A stretch of 64,000 bases of DNA from a virus (Duplodnaviria; Caudoviricetes): positions 1 through 64,000 of IMG/VR virus record IMGVR_UViG_3300013902_000009; one strand, given 5' to 3'. Below are positions 1 through 9,480 of this stretch, piece after piece. The position numbers and the translations under genes are program-made. The notes beneath the pieces are model-generated. The model made no database searches. It worked only from the letters and a program-made list of their open reading frames with translations, and had not been told where the DNA came from. The first letter of the stretch is position 1. Each line of letters starts with the position of its first letter.

Positions 1-1959
1 TCCGTTAAGAGTATGTATTCTTTTAAATACAGACGTAGTACTTGAAGGTGATATTCTTGACGTCTGTCTTTTCCCTGCAAAGGTAAACATATTCTCAGTT
101 GCAGATTCAATGCCGCTCAAATCAGCCATACGGAGAAGTACTTTATAGTTATTTTCTATGGTATTATTATTGGCAAACTTAGCAAAAGAGCTAGTAGTAG
201 TACTAAACCCAAGGTTACTAAAAAGAGTCTGAAATGACTTAATCATAGCCTCAAGGTTTGCACTGTTGCCCATTATTGATGCAGCGGTGTCAGAGTTAAT
301 CTTTATGCCAACCCAGTTGAACATATTAGTTATATATCCAATCATTGAGTTATCTGTAGTAATAACAGGATTACTCATTGTCTTTGCATCAAACAAATTG
401 CCTGCTACTGGGTACTTTCCATTTTTGGCATAATAGATAATACAATCGTATATACCGTCGGTTTGATTGATTAACTTCCTATACATATCGACCCTATTGC
501 AATAGATTGATACGTTTATGCCACCATTGCCACTCCCTTTTATATTAAATACTGAGAGGTTTGTGTTCTTACCATAAAACAATCCATTCTTGAAAGACTC
601 GAATAAATCTTTTGCTCCAGACCTATTAAGTATAGGGGTAGAATACGAATAAGTTCCATCCTTTTGATACTCTTTAACTGTACCTATAACCTGCTGGTGA
701 TACTTATTAAAATTTGATACAAAAGTATTTCGCATCATAGGATTATTGCGAAGCACGTTAGCTATAATTTTGTATTTCTTACCAGATTTTTCAAGTCTTG
801 ATATAATCTCTTCACCCGTAGAACAATCTCTTGTTATATCGAATATTTTCCTACCAACAAATTGAGGATTTGATAGCATCTGCATACCGGTAAGTGTAGT
901 TGTTTTCTTCTCCTCAGTAGTAGTTGCTATGGGAAATAAAAACTTTTTATCTTCATTATTAACTAAAAGATTATTATCAATAATATTAAATGCTTCTTCC
1001 TCAGGTATAGAAGAATCTTTCTTTATAATCTTTCCATCAGATAGTTTAATGTCTTTTGTGGCAATATAAGACGTATTTTGTTTTACCTCAAACGAAGGGG
1101 TCATCATAAGTAGTCTGTTAACGCTTGCAGACATACTACTTATTGGATTAACCTCATCTGGGTCTACTTGCCAACCTTCCTGCTGAGATAACTCCATATC
1201 TTCTATATTTGCATCTGTATCGTTAGTAGATGTAGAGGTAGTACTTATTGATAAGTCGCTATTTATTCTTATATTGTAAATCTTGTTTATTATAGGGATA
1301 GCCATAGATGCTACCTCGTAGAATATGGAATCATAGTATTTACCATTCATATTGATTCCAAATACTCTTGAGGCTAGACTATTTATCTTTTCTGCTCTTT
1401 CTATATCGCCTTTATTGATAGCATCAGCTTTGTTATTGCTTGCTAGCAAAAGCATATTCTTCATCACGGTATCAAAGAGTGAAGCAACTCTATCTGTAGT
1501 AAGTGTATTTGTATAATCACTTATTGTTTTGCCAACACGTTTGCTTTCGTTGCCTATAGCACCGATAAATAGATTAACTATATCAGATTTAAGCTCTGCA
1601 AGCTCCTTACCTGTGACGCGCATATCAATCATTTGTTGATTTTGAGCTTCTTTTGAGCCGTAAGCCTTAATCATAGCATTCTTGATAATCCTTATATTTT
1701 CAGACATATCAGGTTTGCTATTTATAAAAGAGGCTATATTTGTCGCAATCTCTTCGATTTGTTTATCTGTATATGTATTACTGTCATTTATAACCAAATC
1801 TTGTCTACCTATTCCTTTGACATGAAAGTTATAAAGACGTATCATACTATATATAGACTCGTTAGTCACACCGTCGCCAAGCACTTGATGTCCTAAAGAT
1901 GTCTTTACAGAGCGTAATCTCCTACCTACTCGCGGATATATGTTACACGGATTTAACAT
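1..1959 (-). CDS. N-terminal part of a giant protein that runs off the window; possibly the crAss-type virion RNA polymerase or a cargo protein
   Basis: ATG at 1959 (MLNPCNIYPRVGRRLRSVK...). Hand translation shows no stop over about 460 codons and the frame is in phase with the window edge. It has its own TAnnTTTG promoter. The RNAP identity is inferred from size and position only. Confidence 0.6.
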   Translation of the reverse strand, partial: MLNPCNIYPRVGRRLRSVKTSLGHQVLGDGVTNESIYSMIRLYNFHVKGIGRQDLVINDSNTYTDKQIEEIATNIASFINSKPDMSENIRIIKNAMIKAYGSKEAQNQQMIDMRVTGKELAELKSDIVNLFIGAIGNESKRVGKTISDYTNTLTTDRVASLFDTVMKNMLLLASNNKADAINKGDIERAEKINSLASRVFGINMNGKYYDSIFYEVASMAIPIINKIYNIRINSDLSISTTSTSTNDTDANIEDMELSQQEGWQVDPDEVNPISSMSASVNRLLMMTPSFEVKQNTSYIATKDIKLSDGKIIKKDSSIPEEEAFNIIDNNLLVNNEDKKFLFPIATTTEEKKTTTLTGMQMLSNPQFVGRKIFDITRDCSTGEEIISRLEKSGKKYKIIANVLRNNPMMRNTFVSNFNKYHQQVIGTVKEYQKDGTYSYSTPILNRSGAKDLFESFKNGLFYGKNTNLSVFNIKGSGNGGINVSIYCNRVDMYRKLINQTDGIYDCIIYYAKNGKYPVAGNLFDAKTMSNPVITTDNSMIGYITNMFNWVGIKINSDTAASIMGNSANLEAMIKSFQTLFSNLGFSTTTSSFAKFANNNTIENNYKVLLRMADLSGIESATENMFTFAGKRQTSRISPSSTTSVFKRIHTLNG

Positions 1960-1991
1960 ATTATGTTTAATATTTAGTTTTTTTTGTTTGA

Positions 1992-1999
1992 CAAATATA
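1992..1999 (-). promoter_or_regulatory. Bacteroidota sigma -7 element TATATTTG
   Basis: Matches TAnnTTTG about 30 nt upstream of the ATG at 1959, just after a terminator. Confidence 0.7.
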
Positions 2000-2044
2000 C
2001 GGACAATCTCTTTTAAGACAATCCATATTAAATAGTTGTTAAAT

Positions 2045-2080
2045 AAAAAAGGTGTCAATATTTGTTTTATTGACACCTTT
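2045..2080 (-). terminator. Intrinsic terminator ending the replication/nucleotide operon
   Basis: 13-bp stem AAAGGTGTCAATA/TATTGACACCTTT followed by a U-tract on the minus strand. Confidence 0.8.
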
Positions 2081-2092
2081 AAAGTAATTAGA

Positions 2093-2218
2093 CTATAATA
2101 AGTCTATATAATCACCAAGGAGAATACTTATCTGTTCGAGCAGTCTATCTTTGTCTTTTATACTCATGCTACGATCAGAAAGAATCCACCTTATATATTC
2201 ATCATAACGATTAAGCAT
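2093..2218 (-). CDS. small hypothetical protein (41 aa)
   Basis: MLNRYDEYIRWILSDRSMSIKDKDRLLEQ...; ATG overlaps the upstream stop; below the ORF-track cutoff. Confidence 0.55.
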   Translation of the reverse strand: MLNRYDEYIRWILSDRSMSIKDKDRLLEQISILLGDYIDLL

Positions 2219-2825
2219 TGACATTACCCGAATCATCTATACCAACCGTAATTAGATCGTCTGCATAAGGGAGGGTTTTAATCCAGTCGCAGAATATATG
2301 CCATTGAGGAAGCCTGTGGTTTCTTCTTTGAATATATATCCTCCTTAGTGTCTGGTAGGAAAACATCTGCACCCTTTTCTGCATGGTAGCCTCGGTAAGG
2401 TTCTCCTTAAGCTCAAGAAGTTCATCTGTAGCTAAGCCCTTGCCTTGAATATGCATTGAAGATTCACTACTAAGTCTTTCTATACCAATGCGATAAGTAT
2501 CCATTTCTTGCCAAAAATAGCGAGGAGCGTTAATTATAGCATATACATTTATTCCACGCAGGACCTTTGCATGCTCATCGCCTCTCTTGATAAGAGTTAA
2601 CATCAAATGTAAATCCTTTGGATTAAGTTTAATGCCGCAAGCTGTGCTGATTTTCGAATCGAATCCACTCTTTTCCTCATCACCTACAAATACGTGACTA
2701 AAATACACATCACTTCTGCATTCCTTGCCAAAAGGAAGTCTTAATGCTTGTAATGCTGCGCCGAATCCAGCAATTTCAAGCGTCTTAACGTTAAACTCAT
2801 TTACTGATTTAAATCCCTTTTCCAT
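2211..2825 (-). CDS. ThyX-like (flavin-dependent thymidylate synthase fold) phage protein
   Basis: GDEHAKVLR...APRYFWQEMDTYR...SESSMH...QRRNHRLPQW pattern of the divergent phage Thy1-like family; canonical RHR motif absent. Confidence 0.65.
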   Translation of the reverse strand: MEKGFKSVNEFNVKTLEIAGFGAALQALRLPFGKECRSDVYFSHVFVGDEEKSGFDSKISTACGIKLNPKDLHLMLTLIKRGDEHAKVLRGINVYAIINAPRYFWQEMDTYRIGIERLSSESSMHIQGKGLATDELLELKENLTEATMQKRVQMFSYQTLRRIYIQRRNHRLPQWHIFCDWIKTLPYADDLITVGIDDSGNVNA

Positions 2826-2941
2826 TTGTGTTTTTCTTTCTTGCTTGGTTTATAGTTATTCCTTTTCTTTTTATCAAAGCGTTCATATGATTTATTATCA
2901 TTTTCATAACGCTCTATTTGTCTCTCATTAAGTTTAGCCAT
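2801..2941 (-). CDS. small basic hypothetical protein (46 aa)
   Basis: MAKLNERQIERYENDNKSYERFDKKKR...; fills the gap in the operon. Confidence 0.55.
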   Translation of the reverse strand: MAKLNERQIERYENDNKSYERFDKKKRNNYKPSKKEKHKWKRDLNQ

Positions 2942-2944
2942 AAA

Positions 2945-3211
2945 TTATTCCTCTACTACTTCAAATTCATCAATAGACCAACCTTTGACTTTCTCATAAG
3001 GAAGGTCAATTTGGTTTTTAACTGCATCTATAAGTGTAGGAGTATCAAATTTACGTTCTATATCAGGATTGCCATCCTCATCAAATCCGTAATTGATTTC
3101 TTCATAATCTCTAACGCATATTCTTACGTTTTTATGCAAAGTAATAGATATGCAAACATCAACCATAACTGGAGTTTTGTTATCATTATAAGGTGCATTA
3201 CTCTCTTCCAT
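2945..3211 (-). CDS. hypothetical protein
   Basis: 88-aa ORF in a tightly packed operon. Confidence 0.7.
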   Translation of the reverse strand: MEESNAPYNDNKTPVMVDVCISITLHKNVRICVRDYEEINYGFDEDGNPDIERKFDTPTLIDAVKNQIDLPYEKVKGWSIDEFEVVEE

Positions 3212-3476
3212 TGGAATTTATTTTTAGAATTTCGTAATCAATATAAACCTTTGCTTTTTGTAAATCTTCAATTGCTTTATCTCTAGTTGATATGCCGTTT
3301 TCGAATTTTTTACCTGCTCTCCAGATATACTTTATAGCGTTACCGAGGTTGAAATCAAACTCTTGCGCAACATCTATACACTCAAGACCGCTCTTGGTTT
3401 TATAGTAATCTTGATGTTGAATCTCCCTTTCAACCGGCTCAACATCACCGCCGGCTTTAAATCCAATTCTTTTCAT
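3198..3476 (-). CDS. DUF3310 protein (T7 gp1.7-like nucleotide kinase family)
   Basis: ECIDV...FNLGNAIKYIWRAGKK...EDLQKAKVYIDYEI signature. Confidence 0.85.
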   Translation of the reverse strand: MKRIGFKAGGDVEPVEREIQHQDYYKTKSGLECIDVAQEFDFNLGNAIKYIWRAGKKFENGISTRDKAIEDLQKAKVYIDYEILKINSNGRE

Positions 3477-3733
3477 TTATTTATGTTTGATAGTTTTGAT
3501 GTACCAATAGGTACATTACTTATAAATACAATCTCAATATCTTCGTCGAGGATATTTTCAAGAACCCTTATATACCCATTATATTCAGCGTTGTTATTAA
3601 CGTAAAGCAAAGGATAATCCCATTCTGCTATACACGTATTATTAGAATATAATCTATCGCTATCGCTTTTAAGATATTGATTTGAGGCCTCCTCACGTTG
3701 TGAGAATAATTCAATAACTCTACTATTTCTCAT
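3473..3733 (-). CDS. hypothetical protein
   Basis: 86-aa ORF coupled to both neighbours. Confidence 0.7.
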   Translation of the reverse strand: MRNSRVIELFSQREEASNQYLKSDSDRLYSNNTCIAEWDYPLLYVNNNAEYNGYIRVLENILDEDIEIVFISNVPIGTSKLSNINK

Positions 3734-5508
3734 TATAATAACTTTTGTTGTTTTACAGTTAGCTCAGAATAAAGTTGATATGCTTTATTTATATACCACA
3801 TCATGTCTATATCTTTGTATTGTGCTTTCCCTAATATTATCCTACTATAGACAAGTTTAGGCTCTGATACATAATCTCCTTTTATATAGAGAGAATAACC
3901 ATTTTTAGTTATCGTAAAACAAATATTAGAACCTATTGGATTCTCAAATAAACCATCACGTTTAATGCAAAATACTTTATCTTTTCCAGCATTTTTGCTT
4001 ATAACATATTTTGATGTGTCAATCATACACATGACATCATCTACGGTTTTATTATCTGTTATAGACATTATGACAGCTATAGAGGAAGCCAAAGGGAATT
4101 TAGATGAGCCATATTTAAAGAATCCACTTGTAATAATATTTGAATTAGAATCAACAGCAAACCAATCATTTATAGAATACTGGCAAAACAATTTGTATTC
4201 CTTGAAATTAAGTTGTATGTTATGCTTTTCCTCCCATTCATCAAGCTCTAAACGTGTAGTATTCTTTGTTTTTTCTGACATGAATACTATACCATCGTTA
4301 TTTATTTGTAATATATCTACATTTCCAAGCGATTCAATTAAGCTAATAGTCTCAAGTGCAGACATTATCTTTATGGACATAAACGCTTTAAAGTCGTGTA
4401 CGCCAGAAGTTTCAAGCATTAGACTACCTATAAAAGAGTTAGTGGCAAGTTTGAATTGTTTTGAATATGTCTTACCCGAATCGTTACAATCTCTAAGTTT
4501 AAGCATTGTTTCTAACGCATATGAAAACGCATCTGGACTCATCTTGTCAGGCGTTATTTTAAAATTTACAGCAACAGAGGGCCATGCTGATTTAAAATCA
4601 ACATAATAGATATGTTTTGATTTATTATCAAATACACCTTTTTCTGCAAATCCCTTAAGTCCACCTAATGTAAGTGTTGCTATATTTCCGGGTAAAACTA
4701 CAGATAATACATAATCTGGATTTATAATGATATTTCTTAACTCTGAAAGAAATGCATTGTTTCCTGCAAAGTTAAAGTTGTAACTTTTTGGTATTATGTC
4801 GTTTATGGATATACTAGAATATCTGTTGTCTATAGGTTCAAATGTTGATTTTGTGTTATAAAATAACTTAAATAACTTCATACCTATAGTGGTTATGTTA
4901 TCGTTCATAACACGTATTGGATATTCTCTTTCTATAAACTCTTTAAACAACACATCAGCAGTTTTTGCCTCAAGAAGCTCATTATAGATTAAAGCATTAC
5001 TTTTTGATAACTCTCTTGAATAGGTGCGCCTATCAGAAAAACATCCTTTAGGTACTGTAAGATTATCGTCAACAACTCTTCCAAGTTGTTCAAACACAGC
5101 ATCTCTAAATTGTACTACACCTTTGTTGTAAAAAAGTGGTGCCAAATCAAAAGAGTTAAACTTATACGCATGCTTATAGTTTATCCAGTCCTGATAAGGA
5201 TGAGTATGCACAATATTAGCAAATGAGTCTATCTGAAAGATAATATCACCTATAGACTTATTCTTTAACTCATTATAATTGATTATACAATAATTAAGTA
5301 TTGTCTCATCATGATATCTTCCATTATATGCACACCAGTAAACATCGCCACACATTAGACTTGATATAATCTTGTCTAACTGATTATAAACTTTACTTAT
5401 CTCATAATGGCGAATACCGTTTGTCTCGGTATTTACCATTGAGAAATCAATACAATCACGTTGTGTGACAACACTATAAGTAAAAACAGTTTTTCCAAAC
5501 AGAATCAT
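3733..5508 (-). CDS. divergent family B DNA polymerase
   Basis: Motif A VDFKSAWPS, motif B KLATNSFIG, motif C QINNDG, ExoII-like YNGRYHD. Confidence 0.75.
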   Translation of the reverse strand: MILFGKTVFTYSVVTQRDCIDFSMVNTETNGIRHYEISKVYNQLDKIISSLMCGDVYWCAYNGRYHDETILNYCIINYNELKNKSIGDIIFQIDSFANIVHTHPYQDWINYKHAYKFNSFDLAPLFYNKGVVQFRDAVFEQLGRVVDDNLTVPKGCFSDRRTYSRELSKSNALIYNELLEAKTADVLFKEFIEREYPIRVMNDNITTIGMKLFKLFYNTKSTFEPIDNRYSSISINDIIPKSYNFNFAGNNAFLSELRNIIINPDYVLSVVLPGNIATLTLGGLKGFAEKGVFDNKSKHIYYVDFKSAWPSVAVNFKITPDKMSPDAFSYALETMLKLRDCNDSGKTYSKQFKLATNSFIGSLMLETSGVHDFKAFMSIKIMSALETISLIESLGNVDILQINNDGIVFMSEKTKNTTRLELDEWEEKHNIQLNFKEYKLFCQYSINDWFAVDSNSNIITSGFFKYGSSKFPLASSIAVIMSITDNKTVDDVMCMIDTSKYVISKNAGKDKVFCIKRDGLFENPIGSNICFTITKNGYSLYIKGDYVSEPKLVYSRIILGKAQYKDIDMMWYINKAYQLYSELTVKQQKLL

Positions 5509-6014
5509 TTGATATACATATTTTTATTCTTGAAGTCTATTACGTATTTATATTCTTCAAAGAATGTATTACCTAATATTCCATGAATTTCTATACCCCA
5601 ATCGTCAAAAGCACCGCTAACATCAAATACTTCAAATATTTCAGTAAACATCTTCTCTCCATTAAATAGAGTAACCCTATAATACTCATCTGGAACAACT
5701 TCTCCGTTTGCTGTAGTTATTGTTTGATGAGGCATTTCGTTTCCGTCTTTATCAACAAGCTTTACTTTGTCAGCATCAGCCATAGATTGAACAACTCCAA
5801 GTTTAAGGTGAGATAAATTACTACCAGTATCTACGAGAAAGTTAAATGATTTACCTTTTCTATCCTTAAGCGTAACTATTGGAGTACCTGTCTTTTTAAA
5901 TGTCTTGCTAAAACTAAATTTTGCTTGATTTTTCAAATTAAAATCATAAAGACTTTTTGCTCCGATTGCAGCAAGTAAAATCACAATAAGTATTATTGAT
6001 ACAACTGTAGCCAT
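5505..6014 (-). CDS. membrane-anchored retropepsin-like aspartyl protease
   Basis: N-terminal hydrophobic helix; FLVDTGS catalytic motif and GILG motif. Confidence 0.85.
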   Translation of the reverse strand: MATVVSIILIVILLAAIGAKSLYDFNLKNQAKFSFSKTFKKTGTPIVTLKDRKGKSFNFLVDTGSNLSHLKLGVVQSMADADKVKLVDKDGNEMPHQTITTANGEVVPDEYYRVTLFNGEKMFTEIFEVFDVSGAFDDWGIEIHGILGNTFFEEYKYVIDFKNKNMYIK

Positions 6015-6021
6015 AATCCTC

Positions 6022-6504
6022 CTATTTTACTCCTGTTGAACCAAAGCCGCCCCTATCTTTTCCTCCAAGTGAATTAACCTCAATAAACTCAAATCCACTA
6101 GTGAAAAGCCACTTGATTTTTTGCCACACAGTTGCTTTCTGACTAAGATTTAACCTAAACTGGCAAATTCTATCGCCATAAGTGACGACGCTATCCCGAA
6201 GGAAATACACAGGATCTTTCCACTCATCGTTATCTCCACTATATGAGTTATCTATAATACCGAACGAGTTTACTTGTATGAATCCAAACTTCTTGAATGT
6301 ACTGCTTCTTGACACAATATTGGCTTCAAAACCCTTAGGAAGCCTCATAGCTACGCCAAGAGGTAGCAATGCAAAATCATCTTTTTTGTATTCGTATTTT
6401 TTATACTCAGGACATACTTTTAGATCTATCCATTCACCTTTGTCTATAAACTTAGGGATATATGCACCTCTATTTACTTTCTTTATATATATTTTTTGTC
6501 TCAT
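6022..6504 (-). CDS. dut: trimeric dUTPase
   Basis: IDL, SRSS, GIIDNSYSG, DRICQ and RGGFGSTG motifs; start moved to MRQKIY because the longer start lies inside a hairpin. Confidence 0.95.
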   Translation of the reverse strand: MRQKIYIKKVNRGAYIPKFIDKGEWIDLKVCPEYKKYEYKKDDFALLPLGVAMRLPKGFEANIVSRSSTFKKFGFIQVNSFGIIDNSYSGDNDEWKDPVYFLRDSVVTYGDRICQFRLNLSQKATVWQKIKWLFTSGFEFIEVNSLGGKDRGGFGSTGVK

Positions 6505-6526
6505 TTCTTTCTTATTTATCAAATTT

Positions 6527-6559
6527 AATAAAGCCACAGGTTTATACTGTGGCTTTATT
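6527..6559. terminator. hairpin, probable terminator upstream of dut
   Basis: Perfect 13-bp inverted repeat AATAAAGCCACAG/CTGTGGCTTTATT. Confidence 0.65.
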
Positions 6560-6643
6560 GTACGATACGTAAAACTACTTCTCTACTTATTTTAATAAGG
6601 GACTCTCACCCTCCCGACATCCTTTTATGCCGTATTTAATAAA

Positions 6644-7681
6644 TTAAACTTTGTTAAGATAATCAATTATGTCGTTTGGCTCTGTCTCTCTAACACCAAT
6701 CGGAATCTTAGGATTCTCTTTGAGATAGTAATCCAGTTCTTTAACGATATTTCTCCAGTTTTTGCAAAGATACTCACCGTTCTTTCCGTATGCAAGGTTT
6801 GTTATAGATTTTGTGTCTTTGTATTCCCAAGCGAGAGGGTTCTTACTATTTCTATTGACTACAATAAAGATATAGTTGTTAATCTTAAAGTCTTTGAAAT
6901 AGTTATCTTTGACTACATTTTGACGTAATAACTCATAGTATAATTGTGCCTGAATCATATAACGCCATTTGATAAAACTAAGCGGGAACTCATACTCAAG
7001 ATGCGATGATGTTTTCAAGTCGCAAGGAGTTATAGTTTTTTCCTTGTGATTGATTAAACATAAATCCATCATACATCTCAGTTTGACACCTTCATATTCG
7101 CCCTTAAATTTTAGTTGATATTGCCTCTCGATATCATCTATTCCGTCCCGCCTAAAATAAAACTCGGTAGACGGTGATGTTTTTAACGCCTCGACTGAAG
7201 CTATGCAGTCGGCGTAATCCTGCGATGATACAACCTCTTTACTGCCGCAGCAAACCAAAGCATCAAAATAGTCAGAGCAATCCCTACGTATGTTGCGTAT
7301 CCTTGTTGATTCATAAGACTTACCGGCATAATAACCGCATTCTGCCCCTATCCTAGCTATATCGAAATCATCTATATCTGATAGACTTAACGCATCAGGA
7401 AATTCATCGTTAAGACGTTTCGTGACAAGTATAAGTGAGTCACTTAATTTTGGGAAATCAACCACAGCGAATCTTTCGTTGAAAGCATTCTCACCGTCAG
7501 TAAGTAACGTGTCTACCATGCTGCCGAAAGTAAGCGATGGTGTGCTTATCCTGTCAAAAAGTGTAGGCAATCCTTTAAATCCCTCCCTGTCGAATCTAGC
7601 TATTGTTGAATACGAATACGCCTCATCCTTGCGGTATGTAGGCTCGTCAACTTTCCAGCTTATCTCGTAAAGACTTTTCAT
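6644..7681 (-). CDS. PD-(D/E)XK exonuclease (RecE/ExoVIII-like)
   Basis: SYSTI...FGSMVD...ERQ...MMDL...DLKT...YMIQAQLY. Confidence 0.8.
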   Translation of the reverse strand: MKSLYEISWKVDEPTYRKDEAYSYSTIARFDREGFKGLPTLFDRISTPSLTFGSMVDTLLTDGENAFNERFAVVDFPKLSDSLILVTKRLNDEFPDALSLSDIDDFDIARIGAECGYYAGKSYESTRIRNIRRDCSDYFDALVCCGSKEVVSSQDYADCIASVEALKTSPSTEFYFRRDGIDDIERQYQLKFKGEYEGVKLRCMMDLCLINHKEKTITPCDLKTSSHLEYEFPLSFIKWRYMIQAQLYYELLRQNVVKDNYFKDFKINNYIFIVVNRNSKNPLAWEYKDTKSITNLAYGKNGEYLCKNWRNIVKELDYYLKENPKIPIGVRETEPNDIIDYLNKV

Positions 7682-8123
7682 TTGTTTGTTGAGTTATTTT
7701 GTTAAACCATTCCATTGTTTTCCTTAATCCTTTAAGCGTGTGAATCTCAGCATAATACCAATGTATCGCCAAATCTATGTTTTTGAGAAACATTTTACGC
7801 TTATATGGGTGTAAATCGTTAGAGTATCCCTTACATTCAAGTACAAGAAAGTCATCACCTATTCTGACTACAAAATCAGGAGTATATTCCCAACGTCTTA
7901 TTTTTGTAGGGCTTCCGTTTTTTGTGACTTGTGAGATTCCGTCAATACACCACGGTTTTGACGGAGTGAAACTATCCAGAAGGGTTGATGTCAAAGGTTC
8001 ATACTCGGTATTATAACCAAGTTTAACCAACTCTTTAAATACTCTTGCTTCTAACTTTGATTTAAATTCTATACCGTTTGTGATATTTTCTGTTGCTCCA
8101 ATTATTTTCCTATTTTCCATCAT
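7647..8123 (-). CDS. PD-(D/E)XK endonuclease (T7 endonuclease I/DUF1064-like resolvase)
   Basis: FKSKLE...YEP...YTPDF...LECKG. Confidence 0.8.
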   Translation of the reverse strand: MMENRKIIGATENITNGIEFKSKLEARVFKELVKLGYNTEYEPLTSTLLDSFTPSKPWCIDGISQVTKNGSPTKIRRWEYTPDFVVRIGDDFLVLECKGYSNDLHPYKRKMFLKNIDLAIHWYYAEIHTLKGLRKTMEWFNKITQQTNEKSLRDKLES

Positions 8124-8608
8124 TTTATATAGTCAGTTACTGAACCAATAATAATTTCATTATAAAAAATACGCGTTGCATTCAAGAAGCTTTTTATAAT
8201 ACATTTAAGTAAATCTTTATTTTTGTATATGTTACTTATAACTATTTTTATGTTTCCAGTATTTTCATCTTTAAGAGAGAGGCAATATATCTTTCCTGTT
8301 TTAGAATATACACAGCCATATTCACAAAATATGTCACCATCGTCACATTCAAAATGTCCTATAAGATTTTGATAACACTTGTCTATAATCATATCAGATA
8401 TAACTTTTTGAGACATAGGTGACACATTATATGTATTATTTCTGGCACAATATAAAGACATAGGTAAAATCAAATTCTTATCTCCATTTATAAAACAATA
8501 TCCATCTTCGGCTTTTATAACGCAAAACCGTATAGATTGCATTGTCTCATATTTTAGAGACGAATGTTTTCCCTTTAAAGCACAGATTACACGTTCGCTT
8601 TTTGTCAT
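8120..8608 (-). CDS. hypothetical protein, coupled to the E1 gene
   Basis: 162-aa ORF with 4-nt overlaps on both sides; AT-rich like the E1/JAB/E2 genes. Confidence 0.7.
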   Translation of the reverse strand: MTKSERVICALKGKHSSLKYETMQSIRFCVIKAEDGYCFINGDKNLILPMSLYCARNNTYNVSPMSQKVISDMIIDKCYQNLIGHFECDDGDIFCEYGCVYSKTGKIYCLSLKDENTGNIKIVISNIYKNKDLLKCIIKSFLNATRIFYNEIIIGSVTDYIK

Positions 8609-9480
8609 CTTAATTCCTCCAATGACATTTTTATTGAATTATATTCTGTAAAGAAAGGAAGATTATACTCTACCAAATTAACATTGTTGTTCACATAGTT
8701 TACTACAAGATTGCATATTATAGAACCTATCATCATAGCCATATATGTTGTTTGTTTAAACGAGCATATTGTGCTGTCAGCATATCTATCCTCAAACATA
8801 TAGTCAGCCTCATATCTCCTTCTAGATTCAATATCGTCAAACCTAAAACAAATTACTTGTAATGTATCCGCAGATAATCTACCATCTATGTATAAACCTT
8901 GAAATCCAGACGCTATAGCGCTATCATATACAGATTTTCTAGAAGACATTGAATCTACTCCAGAAATAACTATATCAAAGTTTTTTTGTATTGATGTATC
9001 GGAGTAAAATCGTAAAGTTGATGAGCTTATTTCAGTATTAGGAGAGAAAAGTCTTACATTATTAGATAATTCAAGAGTTTTATTACCACCTATATTCATA
9101 GGGCCAAAAAACTGTCCTGCCATATTATATACAGAAACAGTATCATTGTCAATTATATGTATTCTTTTTAGATTAAGTCTTGATAACGCAAGTACGGTCC
9201 AACTTGATATTCCGCCAGCACCTATAATTTCAACGTTTATTTTCGAACATGCTTTAAACCATGGCGCTCCACTGTATCTTTGCGTAGTCATAGCAGATAT
9301 ACCATAGTCTGATAATATCTTTATATCCACATTATTTGTATGTTCATCTTGTATAGAATCATTATTATTTTCTGTATTATCACTATTAATTATAAATGTA
9401 TTTCCAGAGGAAGTGTTATCGTTTGTTCCGAGGATTTCGTTTATATCCTCATTTGTTATATTAACACTCATAATATTCAA
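8605..9480 (-). CDS. ThiF/E1-like ubiquitin-activating adenylyltransferase
   Basis: IIGAGGISSW, IIDNDTVSVYNMAGQFF, GGNKT, SGVDSMSSR, YIDGR; candidate catalytic Cys in TICSFKQT. Confidence 0.9.
   Translation of the reverse strand: MNIMSVNITNEDINEILGTNDNTSSGNTFIINSDNTENNNDSIQDEHTNNVDIKILSDYGISAMTTQRYSGAPWFKACSKINVEIIGAGGISSWTVLALSRLNLKRIHIIDNDTVSVYNMAGQFFGPMNIGGNKTLELSNNVRLFSPNTEISSSTLRFYSDTSIQKNFDIVISGVDSMSSRKSVYDSAIASGFQGLYIDGRLSADTLQVICFRFDDIESRRRYEADYMFEDRYADSTICSFKQTTYMAMMIGSIICNLVVNYVNNNVNLVEYNLPFFTEYNSIKMSLEELR

Noticed and set aside
1951-1971. dif/XerD-like site ATTTAACATA-TTATGTTTAAT
   Set aside because: The half-sites abut with no 6-bp spacer and overlap a start codon in AT-rich DNA
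3965-4606. Antisense and out-of-frame ORFs in the track (this 213-aa one and many of 60-140 aa)
   Set aside because: They shadow well-supported genes on the other strand or frame and carry no motifs
8605-9480. ThiF as a thiamine or molybdopterin biosynthesis gene
   Set aside because: No pathway partners; the neighbours are JAB, E2-like and Ubl-like genes
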